The notes below the pieces were generated by a model, which did not search any database, had not been told where the DNA came from, and saw only the letters and a program-made list of their open reading frames with translations. Shown here piece after piece: positions 1-9,835 of a stretch of 64,000 bases of DNA (positions are counted from its first letter, which is position 1; each line of letters starts with the position of its first letter). Where the stretch lies: positions 5,728,001 to 5,792,000 of the forward strand of contig CBDCXR010000004.1 in assembly GCA_965223845.1 (NCBI GenBank), written 5' to 3'. The DNA is from Planctomycetota bacterium. GTDB lineage: Bacteria; Planctomycetota; UBA8108; SXIK01. A program made the translations under genes and the position numbers.

Positions 1-118
1 GCACATGCGTGCGAGGAGAGTCCGCTCTCCCGGCTCCTGCAACCGGCAATCGTTGCTGCACTTAGCGACGGGGCTCGCCCGTGGCACGAGATTCGCGGCC
101 TACTCGACAGAGAGATCG

Positions 119-916
119 ATGTCTCGATCTGGCCGGGAAGCGATCGGCGTCGTCGCGCCAGTCGAGAGGTCATCGCCTCGTTCGCTCGCCCAGCGACGAT
201 CGCGTAAGACGCGGGGGTTCGACTTGATTGCACCGATTCAGAAACTCGCCGGCTTCGTCCTTCTCGGCTCGCAGACGCTTCTCGCGAGCGGTTGTGCATG
301 GTGGGAGTTCTTGGAATTCGAAGGCTACGTCGTTAACGCGCACGGACTCGGGGACACGGGAGTCCCAGAGCGCTTTCGGTATTTGAACTTTGAATTCCCT
401 TATACGCCGAAAGTCGAGACGATTGCCGAGGGCAGAAAGACCACGATTCTGGCGATGTGGGAACCTCCCCGTGGCGCACCGGGACTTTGCGTCGTTCTCG
501 CCTTGAACCACGAACGAAGAGTTCGTACGAAGGGCATCGTTCGATTCCGCACGACGGATTTGTCGCTGTATGCCGTACTTGTTAGACAAAACAGCGCCGT
601 GTGGCCGATCGAGTACAACTTCCTCGACGAAATCCCGAATGGACACGAACTGCTTCGTCACGTGGCCGCGGGAAGACTTAAAGGGCCGAATCTCTTCGAA
701 CTGGAAGGACGAGTCGATATCGACTTCCGCCGAGGCGAGATTCAGGGCATGAACTTGTGCCTGAGAACCGTCCGGGCAATGGCAGTCGACGAGGGTTTTC
801 GCGACCGATACCGACAGGACTGGTTCGGTGGCGCCCTCGGCAATCAGGACGGCGTCTCGGCCCAATGCGTCATCTCCGGTGAGGTGACCCGCGTCAGGCT
901 GTACGACGGATTCTAG
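119..916 (+). CDS. Hypothetical protein, possible lipoprotein
   Basis: ORF 5..916; ATG at 119 chosen (start uncertain). Hydrophobic stretch ends in lipobox-like LLASGC. No family recognised. Confidence 0.5.
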   Translation: MSRSGREAIGVVAPVERSSPRSLAQRRSRKTRGFDLIAPIQKLAGFVLLGSQTLLASGCAWWEFLEFEGYVVNAHGLGDTGVPERFRYLNFEFPYTPKVETIAEGRKTTILAMWEPPRGAPGLCVVLALNHERRVRTKGIVRFRTTDLSLYAVLVRQNSAVWPIEYNFLDEIPNGHELLRHVAAGRLKGPNLFELEGRVDIDFRRGEIQGMNLCLRTVRAMAVDEGFRDRYRQDWFGGALGNQDGVSAQCVISGEVTRVRLYDGF

Positions 917-1022
917 TCTGAACCTAACATCGGCTTCCGCTACGCCCCAGAATCCCGCCTTCGATCCAGCGGACGGAGCGGGCAAGGCCGTCACGCTTGG
1001 ATTCGCGTAGCGTCGCTCCGCG

Positions 1023-1583
1023 CTATCCCGCCCCCGCGTACTGAGGAAGCCGCTCCTCGATCTCCGCAAGCCGCGGATTCTGCGCGTCCTTGTCCGACAG
1101 CACCGGATCCGAGATCGGCCACTCGATCGCGACTTCCGGGTCGTTCCAAATCACCGAGAGCTCGCCCTCGGGGCAGTAGATGTCGGTGCACTTGTACTCG
1201 ACTTCCGCGGTATCGCTGAGGACGCAGAAACCGTGAACGAAGCCGACCGGGATATAGAGCTGGCGGAAGTTCTCGGCGGAGAGCTCGTAACCCACCCAGC
1301 GCCCGAAGGACGGAGAGCCGCGACGCACATCGACCGCGACGTCGAAGATGGTTCCCTGGATCGCGCGGACGAGCTTCCCCTGCGGATGCTCGATCTGGGA
1401 GTGGAGTCCGCGCAAGGTTCCGCGCCGCGAGCGCGAGTGATTGTCCTGGACGAACTCGACGTCGATTCCTCCTTCGCGATACTTCTCGGCGTGATACGTC
1501 TCGAGAAAGAATCCGCGCTCGTCCCGAAACACTTTCGGTTCGACGAGGATCACGTCCGGGATCTCGCTCCGGATGAACTCCAC
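1023..1583 (-). CDS. rfbC: dTDP-4-dehydrorhamnose 3,5-epimerase (RmlC)
   Basis: Motifs [52 protein letters not shown]; directly follows rfbA. Confidence 0.97.
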   Translation of the reverse strand: MEFIRSEIPDVILVEPKVFRDERGFFLETYHAEKYREGGIDVEFVQDNHSRSRRGTLRGLHSQIEHPQGKLVRAIQGTIFDVAVDVRRGSPSFGRWVGYELSAENFRQLYIPVGFVHGFCVLSDTAEVEYKCTDIYCPEGELSVIWNDPEVAIEWPISDPVLSDKDAQNPRLAEIEERLPQYAGAG

Positions 1584-1586
1584 CAG

Positions 1587-2465
1587 TCAGTCCCTCATCC
1601 CTTGTTCGACGCGCGCGAGGAGGTACTCGCCGTACGAGTTCTTCTTCAGCTTCTCGGCGAGCCGCTTCACCTGATCGATGTCGATGTAGCCCATCCGGTG
1701 GGCGATCTCTTCGAGGCAGGCGACGCGGAGCCCCTGTCGCTCCTCGATCGCCTGGATGAAGTTCGACGCTTGGAGCAGCGATTCGTGAGTTCCAGTATCG
1801 AGCCAGGCGATCCCCCGGCCCATGCGCTCGACGGCGAGCTGTTCCCGCTTCAGATATTCGATATTGACGTCGGTGATTTCGAGCTCGCCGCGCGGAGACG
1901 GCTTTAAGTTCGCCGCGACGTCGAGAACCGAATTGTCGTAGAAGTAGAGCCCCGTGACCGCGTAGTGGGAGCGCGGCGCAGTGGGCTTCTCTTCGAGCGA
2001 GATCGCATTTCCGTCGGCGTCGAACTCGACGACACCGTAGCGCTCGGGATCGCGAACGCGATAACCGAACACCGTCGCGCCGTGCTCGCGCGCCGCGGCC
2101 TTCGCGAGGAGCTCGGGAAACCCGTGCCCGTAGAAAATATTGTCGCCGAGCGCGAGGGCCACTCGGTCGCCCCCGACAAACTCACGCCCGATGATGAACG
2201 CCTGGGCGAGACCGTCGGGGCTCGGCTGGACCGCGTACGAGATCTCGATCCCGATCTCGTTCCCGTCGCCGAGAAGACGCTGGAAGGATTCCTGATCTTC
2301 CGGCGTCGTGATGATGAGGATCTCCCTGATTCCCGCCAGCATGAGGGTCGAGAGCGGGTAGTAGATCATCGGCTTGTCGTAGATCGGGACGAGCTGCTTG
2401 CTCACCGCCTTCGTGATGGGGTGGAGACGCGTCCCGGATCCCCCGGCGAGAACGATGCCCTTCAT
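1587..2465 (-). CDS. rfbA: Glucose-1-phosphate thymidylyltransferase (RmlA)
   Basis: [64 protein letters not shown]; GAGGAG RBS upstream. Confidence 0.98.
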   Translation of the reverse strand: MKGIVLAGGSGTRLHPITKAVSKQLVPIYDKPMIYYPLSTLMLAGIREILIITTPEDQESFQRLLGDGNEIGIEISYAVQPSPDGLAQAFIIGREFVGGDRVALALGDNIFYGHGFPELLAKAAAREHGATVFGYRVRDPERYGVVEFDADGNAISLEEKPTAPRSHYAVTGLYFYDNSVLDVAANLKPSPRGELEITDVNIEYLKREQLAVERMGRGIAWLDTGTHESLLQASNFIQAIEERQGLRVACLEEIAHRMGYIDIDQVKRLAEKLKKNSYGEYLLARVEQGMRD

Positions 2466-2597
2466 GATGACTCCTCAATGTCGGCGGTTTCGGCAGCGCA
2501 CGAGCGTGCCGCGCTCGCGCGGGCGGATCGATACGCCGGTCTTGTTCCCCCACACTCGCCGTCGTTTTGCGCTCGACTGCGAAACGGCAGCGCATCT

Positions 2598-3737
2598 TCA
2601 CAAAGACGTGGCCGCCGCCTCCTCAGCGGATCTATCGGCAGCTTTTTCGGCCATCGTTCGCCTTGCGTCCGATAACGGAAGGGTACGCAGTCGATTCTCG
2701 ACGCGTTCGGACTTTCCGAGCGCGTCCTCGAGAGCAGTGTCGCGGCGCGCGACGATGAGCTCGACGCCGAGCTCGCGCGCCTGCGAGTCCCACTCCGCCA
2801 CCCCTCGAGATCCAGCGGCGCTGAACGTCGCGACCGACTCGAGATCGAGCAAGACTCCGAGGCCCTCGCGAAGAAACCCCTCGATCGGGGCCGCGAGCTC
2901 GACCACGGTGCCCGCGTCGAACGTCCCGCTCACATGAACGATGACGGCGTCCGCGGCATCCAGTCGCTCGATCGCGATGGCGTCTCCGCAACCGTCCTGC
3001 GCCGTGACGCCCGCGGCCTCGCGACGCGTGGGGAACACCGAACGACCGGTCCAGATGCGGCCGAGCACGAAGCGCGCGAGCGTCAGCGCACCGTAGCACC
3101 CGCCGCCCGGAACGGTCGTTCGAGCGATGATCGCGCGGCGAAGATCCTCCGCCGTCTCTCCGGGAAAGTCGGTGTAGCACCGGCCCACCGCATCGAGAAA
3201 GTGTCCGTCCGAACATCCCACTCGCGCCCGGTCTCCCGCGCGGCGAGCCGCCTTTCGATTGGCGAAAAACTCGGTGAAGTTCGAGTTCTTCGTCTCGATC
3301 GCGTCGAACGGCAGTGTTTCGATCAGATCCCCGACGCCGAGGAGACCGCGCCAGCGAAGCCACGATGTATAAGGATGCGCTGCGATCGCGAGTCCGCCCT
3401 GCGCGTGGATTTCGTCGATGGTCTCACGCGCGTTCAAGCCGGGCGGTACGCGACGCTCGAGAAAGAGTCCGAGCACGTGACCGTCGCGCGAGCTCACCTC
3501 TTCGCCGACGATGACCTCGAGGTTGGGGAAGCGGGACCGCCCGTGAACGAGCGCCCGCGCCTCGAGAGCACCGTCGATCGTGTCGTGATCCGTGATCGCG
3601 AGAACGCGAAACTCCGGCTCGCGCGCGAAGCGCTCGAGCACTTCGACCGGGCTCGCGGTCCCGTCGCTGTGATGCGTGTGGATGTGGAGGTCCGCGCGCG
3701 AGTGGCCTGCGCGCGGGAGCGGTCGTCGTCTCGGCAT
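2598..3737 (-). CDS. PHP-family metal-dependent phosphoesterase fused to a C-terminal STAS domain
   Basis: PHP motifs DLHIHT, ITDHD, GEEVSSRDGH, AHP, SDGH; C-terminal VIVHVSGTFD...VLLDLESVATFSAAG resembles STAS. ATG at 3737 lies 20 nt after the rfbB stop. Confidence 0.82.
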   Translation of the reverse strand: MPRRRPLPRAGHSRADLHIHTHHSDGTASPVEVLERFAREPEFRVLAITDHDTIDGALEARALVHGRSRFPNLEVIVGEEVSSRDGHVLGLFLERRVPPGLNARETIDEIHAQGGLAIAAHPYTSWLRWRGLLGVGDLIETLPFDAIETKNSNFTEFFANRKAARRAGDRARVGCSDGHFLDAVGRCYTDFPGETAEDLRRAIIARTTVPGGGCYGALTLARFVLGRIWTGRSVFPTRREAAGVTAQDGCGDAIAIERLDAADAVIVHVSGTFDAGTVVELAAPIEGFLREGLGVLLDLESVATFSAAGSRGVAEWDSQARELGVELIVARRDTALEDALGKSERVENRLRTLPLSDARRTMAEKAADRSAEEAAATSL

Positions 3738-3757
3738 CGCAGTCGTCCGGCGCTCCG

Positions 3758-4840
3758 TCAATCCTGCTTCGTCGAGAGGCCGAGCCGCTCGCGCCGGTAG
3801 TTGCCGGACTGGACGTTCTCGCACCACGCGAGGTTGTCGAGGTACCAGCGCACGGTCTTCGCCATTCCGTCATCGAACCCGAGCGAGGGCTTCCAGCCGA
3901 GCTCGTCGCGGATCTTCGTCGCGTCGATGGCGTAGCGCTTGTCGTGGCCGGGACGATCCTTCACGTAGGTCTTCAGCTCGGAGTACGATTTGATCTTCCC
4001 GCCGAGCGCACTGTTCTCGGGCGCCGGAGAGTACTCGTCGAGGAGCTCACAGATGCGATCGACGACCTCGATGTTCTTTCGCTCGTTCAGCCCGCCGATA
4101 TTGTATTTTTCGCCGAGCCGCCCTTTCTCCAGCGCGAGCAGGATGCCCGAGCAGTGGTCCTCGACGTAGAGCCAGTCGCGCACGTTGCTCCCGTCGCCAT
4201 AGATCGGAAGCGGTTTTCCGTCGCGCGCGTTCAGAATCATGAGCGGAATGAGCTTCTCGGGAAACTGGTACGGTCCGTAGTTGTTCGAGCAGTTCGTGAG
4301 GACCGTCGGTACACCGTACGTCTCGTAGTACGCGCGCACGAAGTGGTCCGCCGCCGCCTTCGACGCCGCGTACGGAGAGTTCGGCGCGTACGGAGTATCC
4401 TCGGTGAAGAGTCCGGTGTCGCCGAGCGTGCCGTAAACCTCGTCCGTCGACACGTGGAGGAAGCGAAAGCGATCTCGATCCGCGCCGTCTTCGAGGTAGC
4501 GACGTGAAACTTCGAGCAGCTCGAACGTTCCACCGACGTTCGTATCGAAAAAAGCGCGCGGCCCGTCGATCGAGCGGTCGACGTGGCTCTCCGCCGCGAA
4601 GTTGACGACGGACGTGGGACGCGACTCGCGAAACAGCTCCGCCATCGCCCGGCCGTCGCAGATGTCCGCCTCGACGAACTCGAGGCGCGGATCCTGAAGA
4701 ACGGAGTTCAGGTTCCCGAGATTTCCGGCGTACGTGAGCTTGTCGACGACGACGACGCGCGCCTCGGTCTCCGCGAGCACGTAGCGAACGAAATTCGAGC
4801 CGATGAATCCGGCTCCTCCGGTGACCAAGATCGTCGTCAT
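3758..4840 (-). CDS. rfbB: dTDP-glucose 4,6-dehydratase (RmlB)
   Basis: [75 protein letters not shown]. Confidence 0.98.
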   Translation of the reverse strand: MTTILVTGGAGFIGSNFVRYVLAETEARVVVVDKLTYAGNLGNLNSVLQDPRLEFVEADICDGRAMAELFRESRPTSVVNFAAESHVDRSIDGPRAFFDTNVGGTFELLEVSRRYLEDGADRDRFRFLHVSTDEVYGTLGDTGLFTEDTPYAPNSPYAASKAAADHFVRAYYETYGVPTVLTNCSNNYGPYQFPEKLIPLMILNARDGKPLPIYGDGSNVRDWLYVEDHCSGILLALEKGRLGEKYNIGGLNERKNIEVVDRICELLDEYSPAPENSALGGKIKSYSELKTYVKDRPGHDKRYAIDATKIRDELGWKPSLGFDDGMAKTVRWYLDNLAWCENVQSGNYRRERLGLSTKQD

Positions 4841-5325
4841 CGTTTTGTAGATCTCCGTTGAGTGAATCCGCTCGCCACGTCCTAGCCGCGGCGAGCGAAG
4901 GGATTCCCCTCCCTCTTTCTTCGGTGAGTCGCCTCTCCGACTGAGTGGTCTTGAGTCGGCGAACTTCGGTGCGCAAACCGTACGGAGAGCGATCCTGCCG
5001 ATCGGAACGACCGGACGGCCGGAGGAAGGTAGAGGGTGTTATCAGCCCACGCGGCACATTCCGTTCGACTCGCTCGGCAGGACGGGATTCGATCCGCGCT
5101 CGGGCAGACCCGTCATTCTGCCGGATGGAAGAGTCGTCCCGAACCCCGTTTCCGGGGAAGGATCGACCGTGAGCCGCAAAACTGCGGGAAGGCAGCCGCG
5201 GCGAGTTTCACGCGGGATCCCCCGATCAGTCAACGCAACTTCAGTTGCGAGCGCATTAAAATCGAATAAACTCGAGCGCTCTTTCGTCCAAGAGAGACGC
5301 GCGACCGCTTCCGATCGACTGAACC

Positions 5326-7353
5326 ATGGACCTCGCCTACACTCCCGGGAAACGCTCGCGGACCTACAACATCCTTCTCGTCGTCGTGGACGATTTGAGA
5401 GCGCGCCAACTCTCCGCCGGCGGCTATCGGCGGGAGACGACGCCGCTCCTCAGCGCACGCCTTCCGTCGGCAACGTATTTCCGAGGCTGCCACTCGCCGG
5501 TCGGCTGGACTCTTCCCGGGTGCGCATCGATCGTTACCGGGCAATACCCGGACGATCACGGCCTCTTCGATCACAACCAGAAGTTTCGCCAGCCGAAAAT
5601 CGGACACTATCTTTCCGAGTACTACCGCTTCGGCATCGGAAACAACGGGAACGTCGTCACCGACTCGATTCCGCGTGAGACGCTCGAGCGCCTCGGCTTC
5701 GAGCGCCGTCCGGCGAAATGGAAGTTCTTCGGCTGGGATGACGGTTTCGATCGGTACGAGTGGCACCCGCGCGAGGACGACGACCCTCCGTTCGAGTCCG
5801 CCTGCGCGTTTCTCGACGAGATGAACGGCGGCGGGACAGCGCGACGTCACGGCGCGCGCGAGGGACGCCCGTGGTTCTTTTTCTTCCACACGAACGTAGT
5901 CCACGACTACCACCTGGAGCGTCCGTACTACTTGGACGTCCGCCGCTGGGTGGATGACGACCTTCACCCCGGTCTCCGTTCATTCCGCGACGGGCCGGAG
6001 ATTTGGCGCGATCCGCCGGATGGTATCGACGAGGACGAACAGATTCGGCAGATCGTCGCGAAGTACGACGCCGGGATCTATCACGCCGACCGAAAGCTCG
6101 AGGCGATTTTCCGCCGCGTCGACTTCGACGACACGATCGTCGTCTTCGCGAGCGATCACGGCGAGGGCTTCGAGCCGAGCATCGGTCGCGTGCACCACTG
6201 CGGGCGGCTCCACGGCGATCTCACCCACGTTCCGCTCGCGATTTGGCTCCCGCCGGAGCTGCACGCGCGCTACGATCCGCCCGCGATCGAAGAGCGCGCT
6301 TGCTCGACGATCGACATCGTGCCGACGCTCCTCACGCTTCTCGGCGACCCGGTCGCCGGGCTCCCCGGGAAGTTCCTCTACGACCTCCCGCAGCACCGTA
6401 TGCTCGAAGGGCAAGACCGCGGCTACATCTACTGGAACGAAGACTGCGTACGGGAGAGCTACGACACGGCGCGCATTCACATCACGAGCGAGTTCACGTA
6501 TCCCATCAAGCACATTCGAACCCGAAAGAACGACACGACTCGCGAATCGGCTTACAACCTCGCCTACGATCCGGAAGAGCACGACAACCTCGCCGAGGCG
6601 CTTCCGGTACCGCTGCGCCGGAAGGAACCGATCTCGTTCGTCGTCGCCGTGAACGACGAGGAGGAGCTGCGAAACAACCTCCTCTTGAGCCCCGTGGCTC
6701 GCTCGCGCGATCACGAGTGGCTCTTCATCGACAATCCCGACAACTCGCGCTTCGATAGCATCTCCGCTCTCTACCAGCACGCGATGCGTCGGGCGGAGCA
6801 CGAGCTCGTCTTTTTCGTGCACCAGGACGTCTACCTGCCACCCGGTTGGGAAGAGCGCATGTTCCTCGCGCTTGAGGCGCTCGAGGACACCGATCCCGAG
6901 TGGGGAGTCGTCGGCGCCGTCGGAGCGCTGCCGCCCGACCCCGATCGCCCGAAGCAGCTCAAGGGCCGCTGGTGCGATCCGAGCGGGTACCACTACTACG
7001 GCCCGCTTCCCCACGAGGTCCAAAGCCTCGACGAGCAGTGGTTGGGAGTCAAAAAGTCGAGCGGAGTCGGTTTCGATCCGGCGCTTCCCGGATTCCACTG
7101 CTACGGCATGGATCTCTCGCTCACCGCGCGAGAGAAGGGGCTCAAGACCTACGCGCTAGACGCCTTCGTCTGGCACAAGTACCGCGACTCGAGCGGACAC
7201 CTCGTCTCGTGCCGCGACGACTCCGACAAGATCCGCCGGCGGTGGTCGGACGAATTCATGGCCGAGTTTCAACCCTCCGCGGATTACGTCGAGGAGAAAT
7301 GGCGGAAGTATCTCCCCTTCCAGACGACGTCTTGGAACTGGGACGCCGACTGA
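5326..7353 (+). CDS. Sulfatase-like (alkaline phosphatase superfamily) hydrolase/transferase fused to a GT-A glycosyltransferase-like domain
   Basis: N-terminal NILLVVVDDLR, WTLPGCASIVTG, ASDHGE, HVPLAI, STIDIVPTLL; C-terminal ISFVVAVND, VFFVHQDVYL, VQSLDE, GFHCYGMDLSL (Glyco_tranf_2_5-like). Confidence 0.82.
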   Translation: MDLAYTPGKRSRTYNILLVVVDDLRARQLSAGGYRRETTPLLSARLPSATYFRGCHSPVGWTLPGCASIVTGQYPDDHGLFDHNQKFRQPKIGHYLSEYYRFGIGNNGNVVTDSIPRETLERLGFERRPAKWKFFGWDDGFDRYEWHPREDDDPPFESACAFLDEMNGGGTARRHGAREGRPWFFFFHTNVVHDYHLERPYYLDVRRWVDDDLHPGLRSFRDGPEIWRDPPDGIDEDEQIRQIVAKYDAGIYHADRKLEAIFRRVDFDDTIVVFASDHGEGFEPSIGRVHHCGRLHGDLTHVPLAIWLPPELHARYDPPAIEERACSTIDIVPTLLTLLGDPVAGLPGKFLYDLPQHRMLEGQDRGYIYWNEDCVRESYDTARIHITSEFTYPIKHIRTRKNDTTRESAYNLAYDPEEHDNLAEALPVPLRRKEPISFVVAVNDEEELRNNLLLSPVARSRDHEWLFIDNPDNSRFDSISALYQHAMRRAEHELVFFVHQDVYLPPGWEERMFLALEALEDTDPEWGVVGAVGALPPDPDRPKQLKGRWCDPSGYHYYGPLPHEVQSLDEQWLGVKKSSGVGFDPALPGFHCYGMDLSLTAREKGLKTYALDAFVWHKYRDSSGHLVSCRDDSDKIRRRWSDEFMAEFQPSADYVEEKWRKYLPFQTTSWNWDAD

Positions 7354-8201
7354 TCGGCGATCCCGTTTTCCTCATCGGCTGCGCTCGCTCCGGGACTTCG
7401 ATCTTCGGCGAGACGATCGCGGCGCATCCCCGCGTCGCGTATCTCTTCGAGGCGAGCAAGATTTGGAACACGCTCGTCCCCGACCGCCCGGACCATCGTC
7501 TGACCGCGGAAGACGCGAGCCCCGACGTCGCCGCGGCGATCTACCGCGCTCTCGGCGAGGCCCGCAATGATCTCGAGGGCGATGTCCTCGTCGAGAAGAA
7601 TCCGAAGCACGTCCTCCGGATACCGTTTCTCCGCGCGCTCTTTCCGCGCGGGCGATTTCTTCACATCGTTCGCGATGGCCGCGATGTCGTTTGCTCGCTC
7701 ATGTTTCGCAATCGCGGCTCCGAATGGGGGCATCTCGAAGTCCCCGGATGGCGGGAGATTCTCGCCGCACATCCCGACGCGAATCACATCCGCTGCGCGC
7801 TTCAGTGGAAGTCAGCGGTCGCGACAGCGAGAAGCGACGCGGCAGACCTTCCGAACGGAGCGTATCTGGATCTTCGGTACGAAGATCTCGTCACCGATCC
7901 GGCGTCGGCGATGGCGTCCGTGTGGCGCTTTCTCGGTATGGACCCGCCTTCGGACGCGGAGTCCGTCCTCGCTCGAATTCAAGACGAAACGAGGGGGAGC
8001 TACCACGCGCGGCGTCAAATCCGCCACTACGTCGAGAATCATGCGCGGCGGATCGGACGCTACCGAGAGAATCTAGACGATCGCCAGCTCGAAGACGTGC
8101 TCGGGGTGGCGGGCGAGCTTCTCGCGGAGCTCGGTTATGTTTCCTCGAGCGCACACCGCGACGAAACGGCGAAGAGCGCGAAGGACGGCGAGAAAGAGTA
8201 G
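7299..8201 (+). CDS. PAPS-dependent sulfotransferase
   Basis: 5'-PSB motif PVFLIGCARSGTS, VEKNPKH, 3'-PB motif HIVRDGRDVVCS, LRYEDLVTDP. ATG at 7299 overlaps the upstream gene end (start uncertain). Confidence 0.9.
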   Translation: MAEVSPLPDDVLELGRRLIGDPVFLIGCARSGTSIFGETIAAHPRVAYLFEASKIWNTLVPDRPDHRLTAEDASPDVAAAIYRALGEARNDLEGDVLVEKNPKHVLRIPFLRALFPRGRFLHIVRDGRDVVCSLMFRNRGSEWGHLEVPGWREILAAHPDANHIRCALQWKSAVATARSDAADLPNGAYLDLRYEDLVTDPASAMASVWRFLGMDPPSDAESVLARIQDETRGSYHARRQIRHYVENHARRIGRYRENLDDRQLEDVLGVAGELLAELGYVSSSAHRDETAKSAKDGEKE

Positions 8202-8226
8202 TGAGAAGAGAGGAGCTCGTTCGTCG

Positions 8227-9621
8227 GTGACACCAATCGATCGGTTCAAACCCCGTTCCTCTCTCTCGATTCGCGGAGTGATCGCAGCCGTCGCGATCGC
8301 CATCGTGGGATCCGCGGGAACGGCCGGCGACCGTCCACTCGACGACGCGCTCGCGAGAGCCGCCGACATCGTGCGGGAGGAGTACCGACGAGACTACGCC
8401 AGTCGAGACCCCGCGGTACGCCGGCACCTCGCGAAGAAGCTCGTCGAGCGAGCCGAACGCAGCCGGCGAAGAGACGTCGAGAACTTCTTTCTCCTCGAGG
8501 AGGGAAGCCGACTGTTCGCGCAGAGTGGTGAGCTCGACTCGTCGCTCGACGCCGCAGAGAAGCTCGCTCGCGCTTTCCGGATCGACTCGTTCGACCTCAA
8601 GTGGGAGAACGTTCGCCATCTCGCGAACTTCGCGGGAAAGAGCGGCAAGAAGGAAGGGGCGATCATCGCCTACTACGAATCGCTCGCCGGTGAAGCCTGG
8701 ATGCGCCGGGGATCGAAAGACGGCCTCAATACGAACGCGGCCCTCGAGCGAGTGGCGAAACGGACACGAAACGCATTTCTCGCGAGTCGCGTCGCTGAGT
8801 GGAAGAGACGAACGCGGTCACTCCGTAGCGAGATCGACCGCGCGCACAAAGCGTGGAACCAACTCGCGGAGACACCGGACGATCCCTTCCTAGCCGCCGA
8901 GATCGGCGCGTTCCGCTGCTTTCACCTCGATGATTGGAAGCGCGGCCTCTCCGACCTCGCGAAGAGCCCGGAGCCGGGGATCAAACGGGCGGCGGTTCGC
9001 GATCTCGCAAGCCCGGACACTCCAGAGGACCAACTCGCCGTTGCTCTCGCTTGGGAAAAGGAGGCCGGACGGCGGAAAGACGCGAAGGCGAGCGCGCTCC
9101 TCGCGCGAGCGTGCGCGTGGTACGAGAAGGCTAGATCGGGACTCAGCGCCGCCGACCGCAATCAACTCGACGAGCGATTGGGCGCACCGCCCGCACGAGA
9201 CCTCGCTGACCTGGCCGTGTTCGACGTTGTCGTCGGTTGGGGAGAATACTGCCGCAATGGCTCCCTTCACACGGAAGGCCCGCTCACCATTCTCGGTTAC
9301 CACGATACAGAGGGCGTGCTCCTTCACCCGGACGAATCCGCCCCGTCCGTCGCGAAGTACCGATTGCACGGAGCGTACAGAAGATTCTCCGGCTGGGCGG
9401 GTCTTCCCGATCGCGGCGAAGCCTTTGCCGGTGCACTCAGCTTTTCGATCCACGGAGACGGACGAGAGCTCTGGCGCTCGAAGCGAGTCACGACGGCCCG
9501 AGAGTACCAGCCGTTCGCGGTTAGCGTGAAAGGCGTCGACGTGCTCGAGCTGCGCGTGGACTGCCACGGCGCGGAGGCCCATGCGATGGCGACCTGGGTG
9601 AAGTCGCGCTTCTCGCGCTAA
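8227..9621 (+). CDS. Exported helical-repeat protein with C-terminal NPCBM/NEW2 putative carbohydrate-binding domain
   Basis: Signal-like N-terminus; C-terminal YRRFSGWAGL...FSIHGDGRELWRS...VSVKGVDVLELRV is typical of NPCBM. GTG at 8227 follows AGGAG. Confidence 0.72.
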   Translation: MTPIDRFKPRSSLSIRGVIAAVAIAIVGSAGTAGDRPLDDALARAADIVREEYRRDYASRDPAVRRHLAKKLVERAERSRRRDVENFFLLEEGSRLFAQSGELDSSLDAAEKLARAFRIDSFDLKWENVRHLANFAGKSGKKEGAIIAYYESLAGEAWMRRGSKDGLNTNAALERVAKRTRNAFLASRVAEWKRRTRSLRSEIDRAHKAWNQLAETPDDPFLAAEIGAFRCFHLDDWKRGLSDLAKSPEPGIKRAAVRDLASPDTPEDQLAVALAWEKEAGRRKDAKASALLARACAWYEKARSGLSAADRNQLDERLGAPPARDLADLAVFDVVVGWGEYCRNGSLHTEGPLTILGYHDTEGVLLHPDESAPSVAKYRLHGAYRRFSGWAGLPDRGEAFAGALSFSIHGDGRELWRSKRVTTAREYQPFAVSVKGVDVLELRVDCHGAEAHAMATWVKSRFSR

Positions 9622-9835
9622 AGCCGGGGACCGCCGCGGGATCGAAGACGCCCCGCTCGAGCCACAGCGCTCGAGAAAAGCCTCCATCACTTCGCCTATC
9701 CGCGAAAACTCGTACGAACTCCGTGCGGCGGCGCCATACAATGCGGGCAGTCAACTCGAGGGAAGTTGTCTAGCCGTCCTCATCGCCGGGAAGCGCGGTA
9801 CCGTCGACGCGTCCGGCCCAGCAGGAACTGCCGCC

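Noticed and set aside
4864-4906. Hairpin upstream of rfbB, considered as an ops/JUMPstart element
   Set aside because: A stem exists, but the loop does not match GGCGGTAGnnTG and such GC stems are common by chance.
5070-5100. tRNA T-arm-like GGATCGAATCCCGTC on the minus strand
   Set aside because: The T-stem does not pair, the loop lacks TTC, and no cloverleaf can be built.
4960-5215. Possible c-di-GMP-I riboswitch (GCAAACC / GCAAAAC words) in the rfbB-sulfatase intergenic region
   Set aside because: The required GNRA-capped stem and spacing are absent; an Infernal/Rfam scan would be needed to rescue it.
6900-7298. Long N-terminal extensions in the ORF track (sulfotransferase, tauE, lspA, kinase, XPB partner, PHP)
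   Set aside because: They overlap neighbouring genes or are Arg/Pro-rich noise; downstream starts with an RBS or stop-start coupling fit better.
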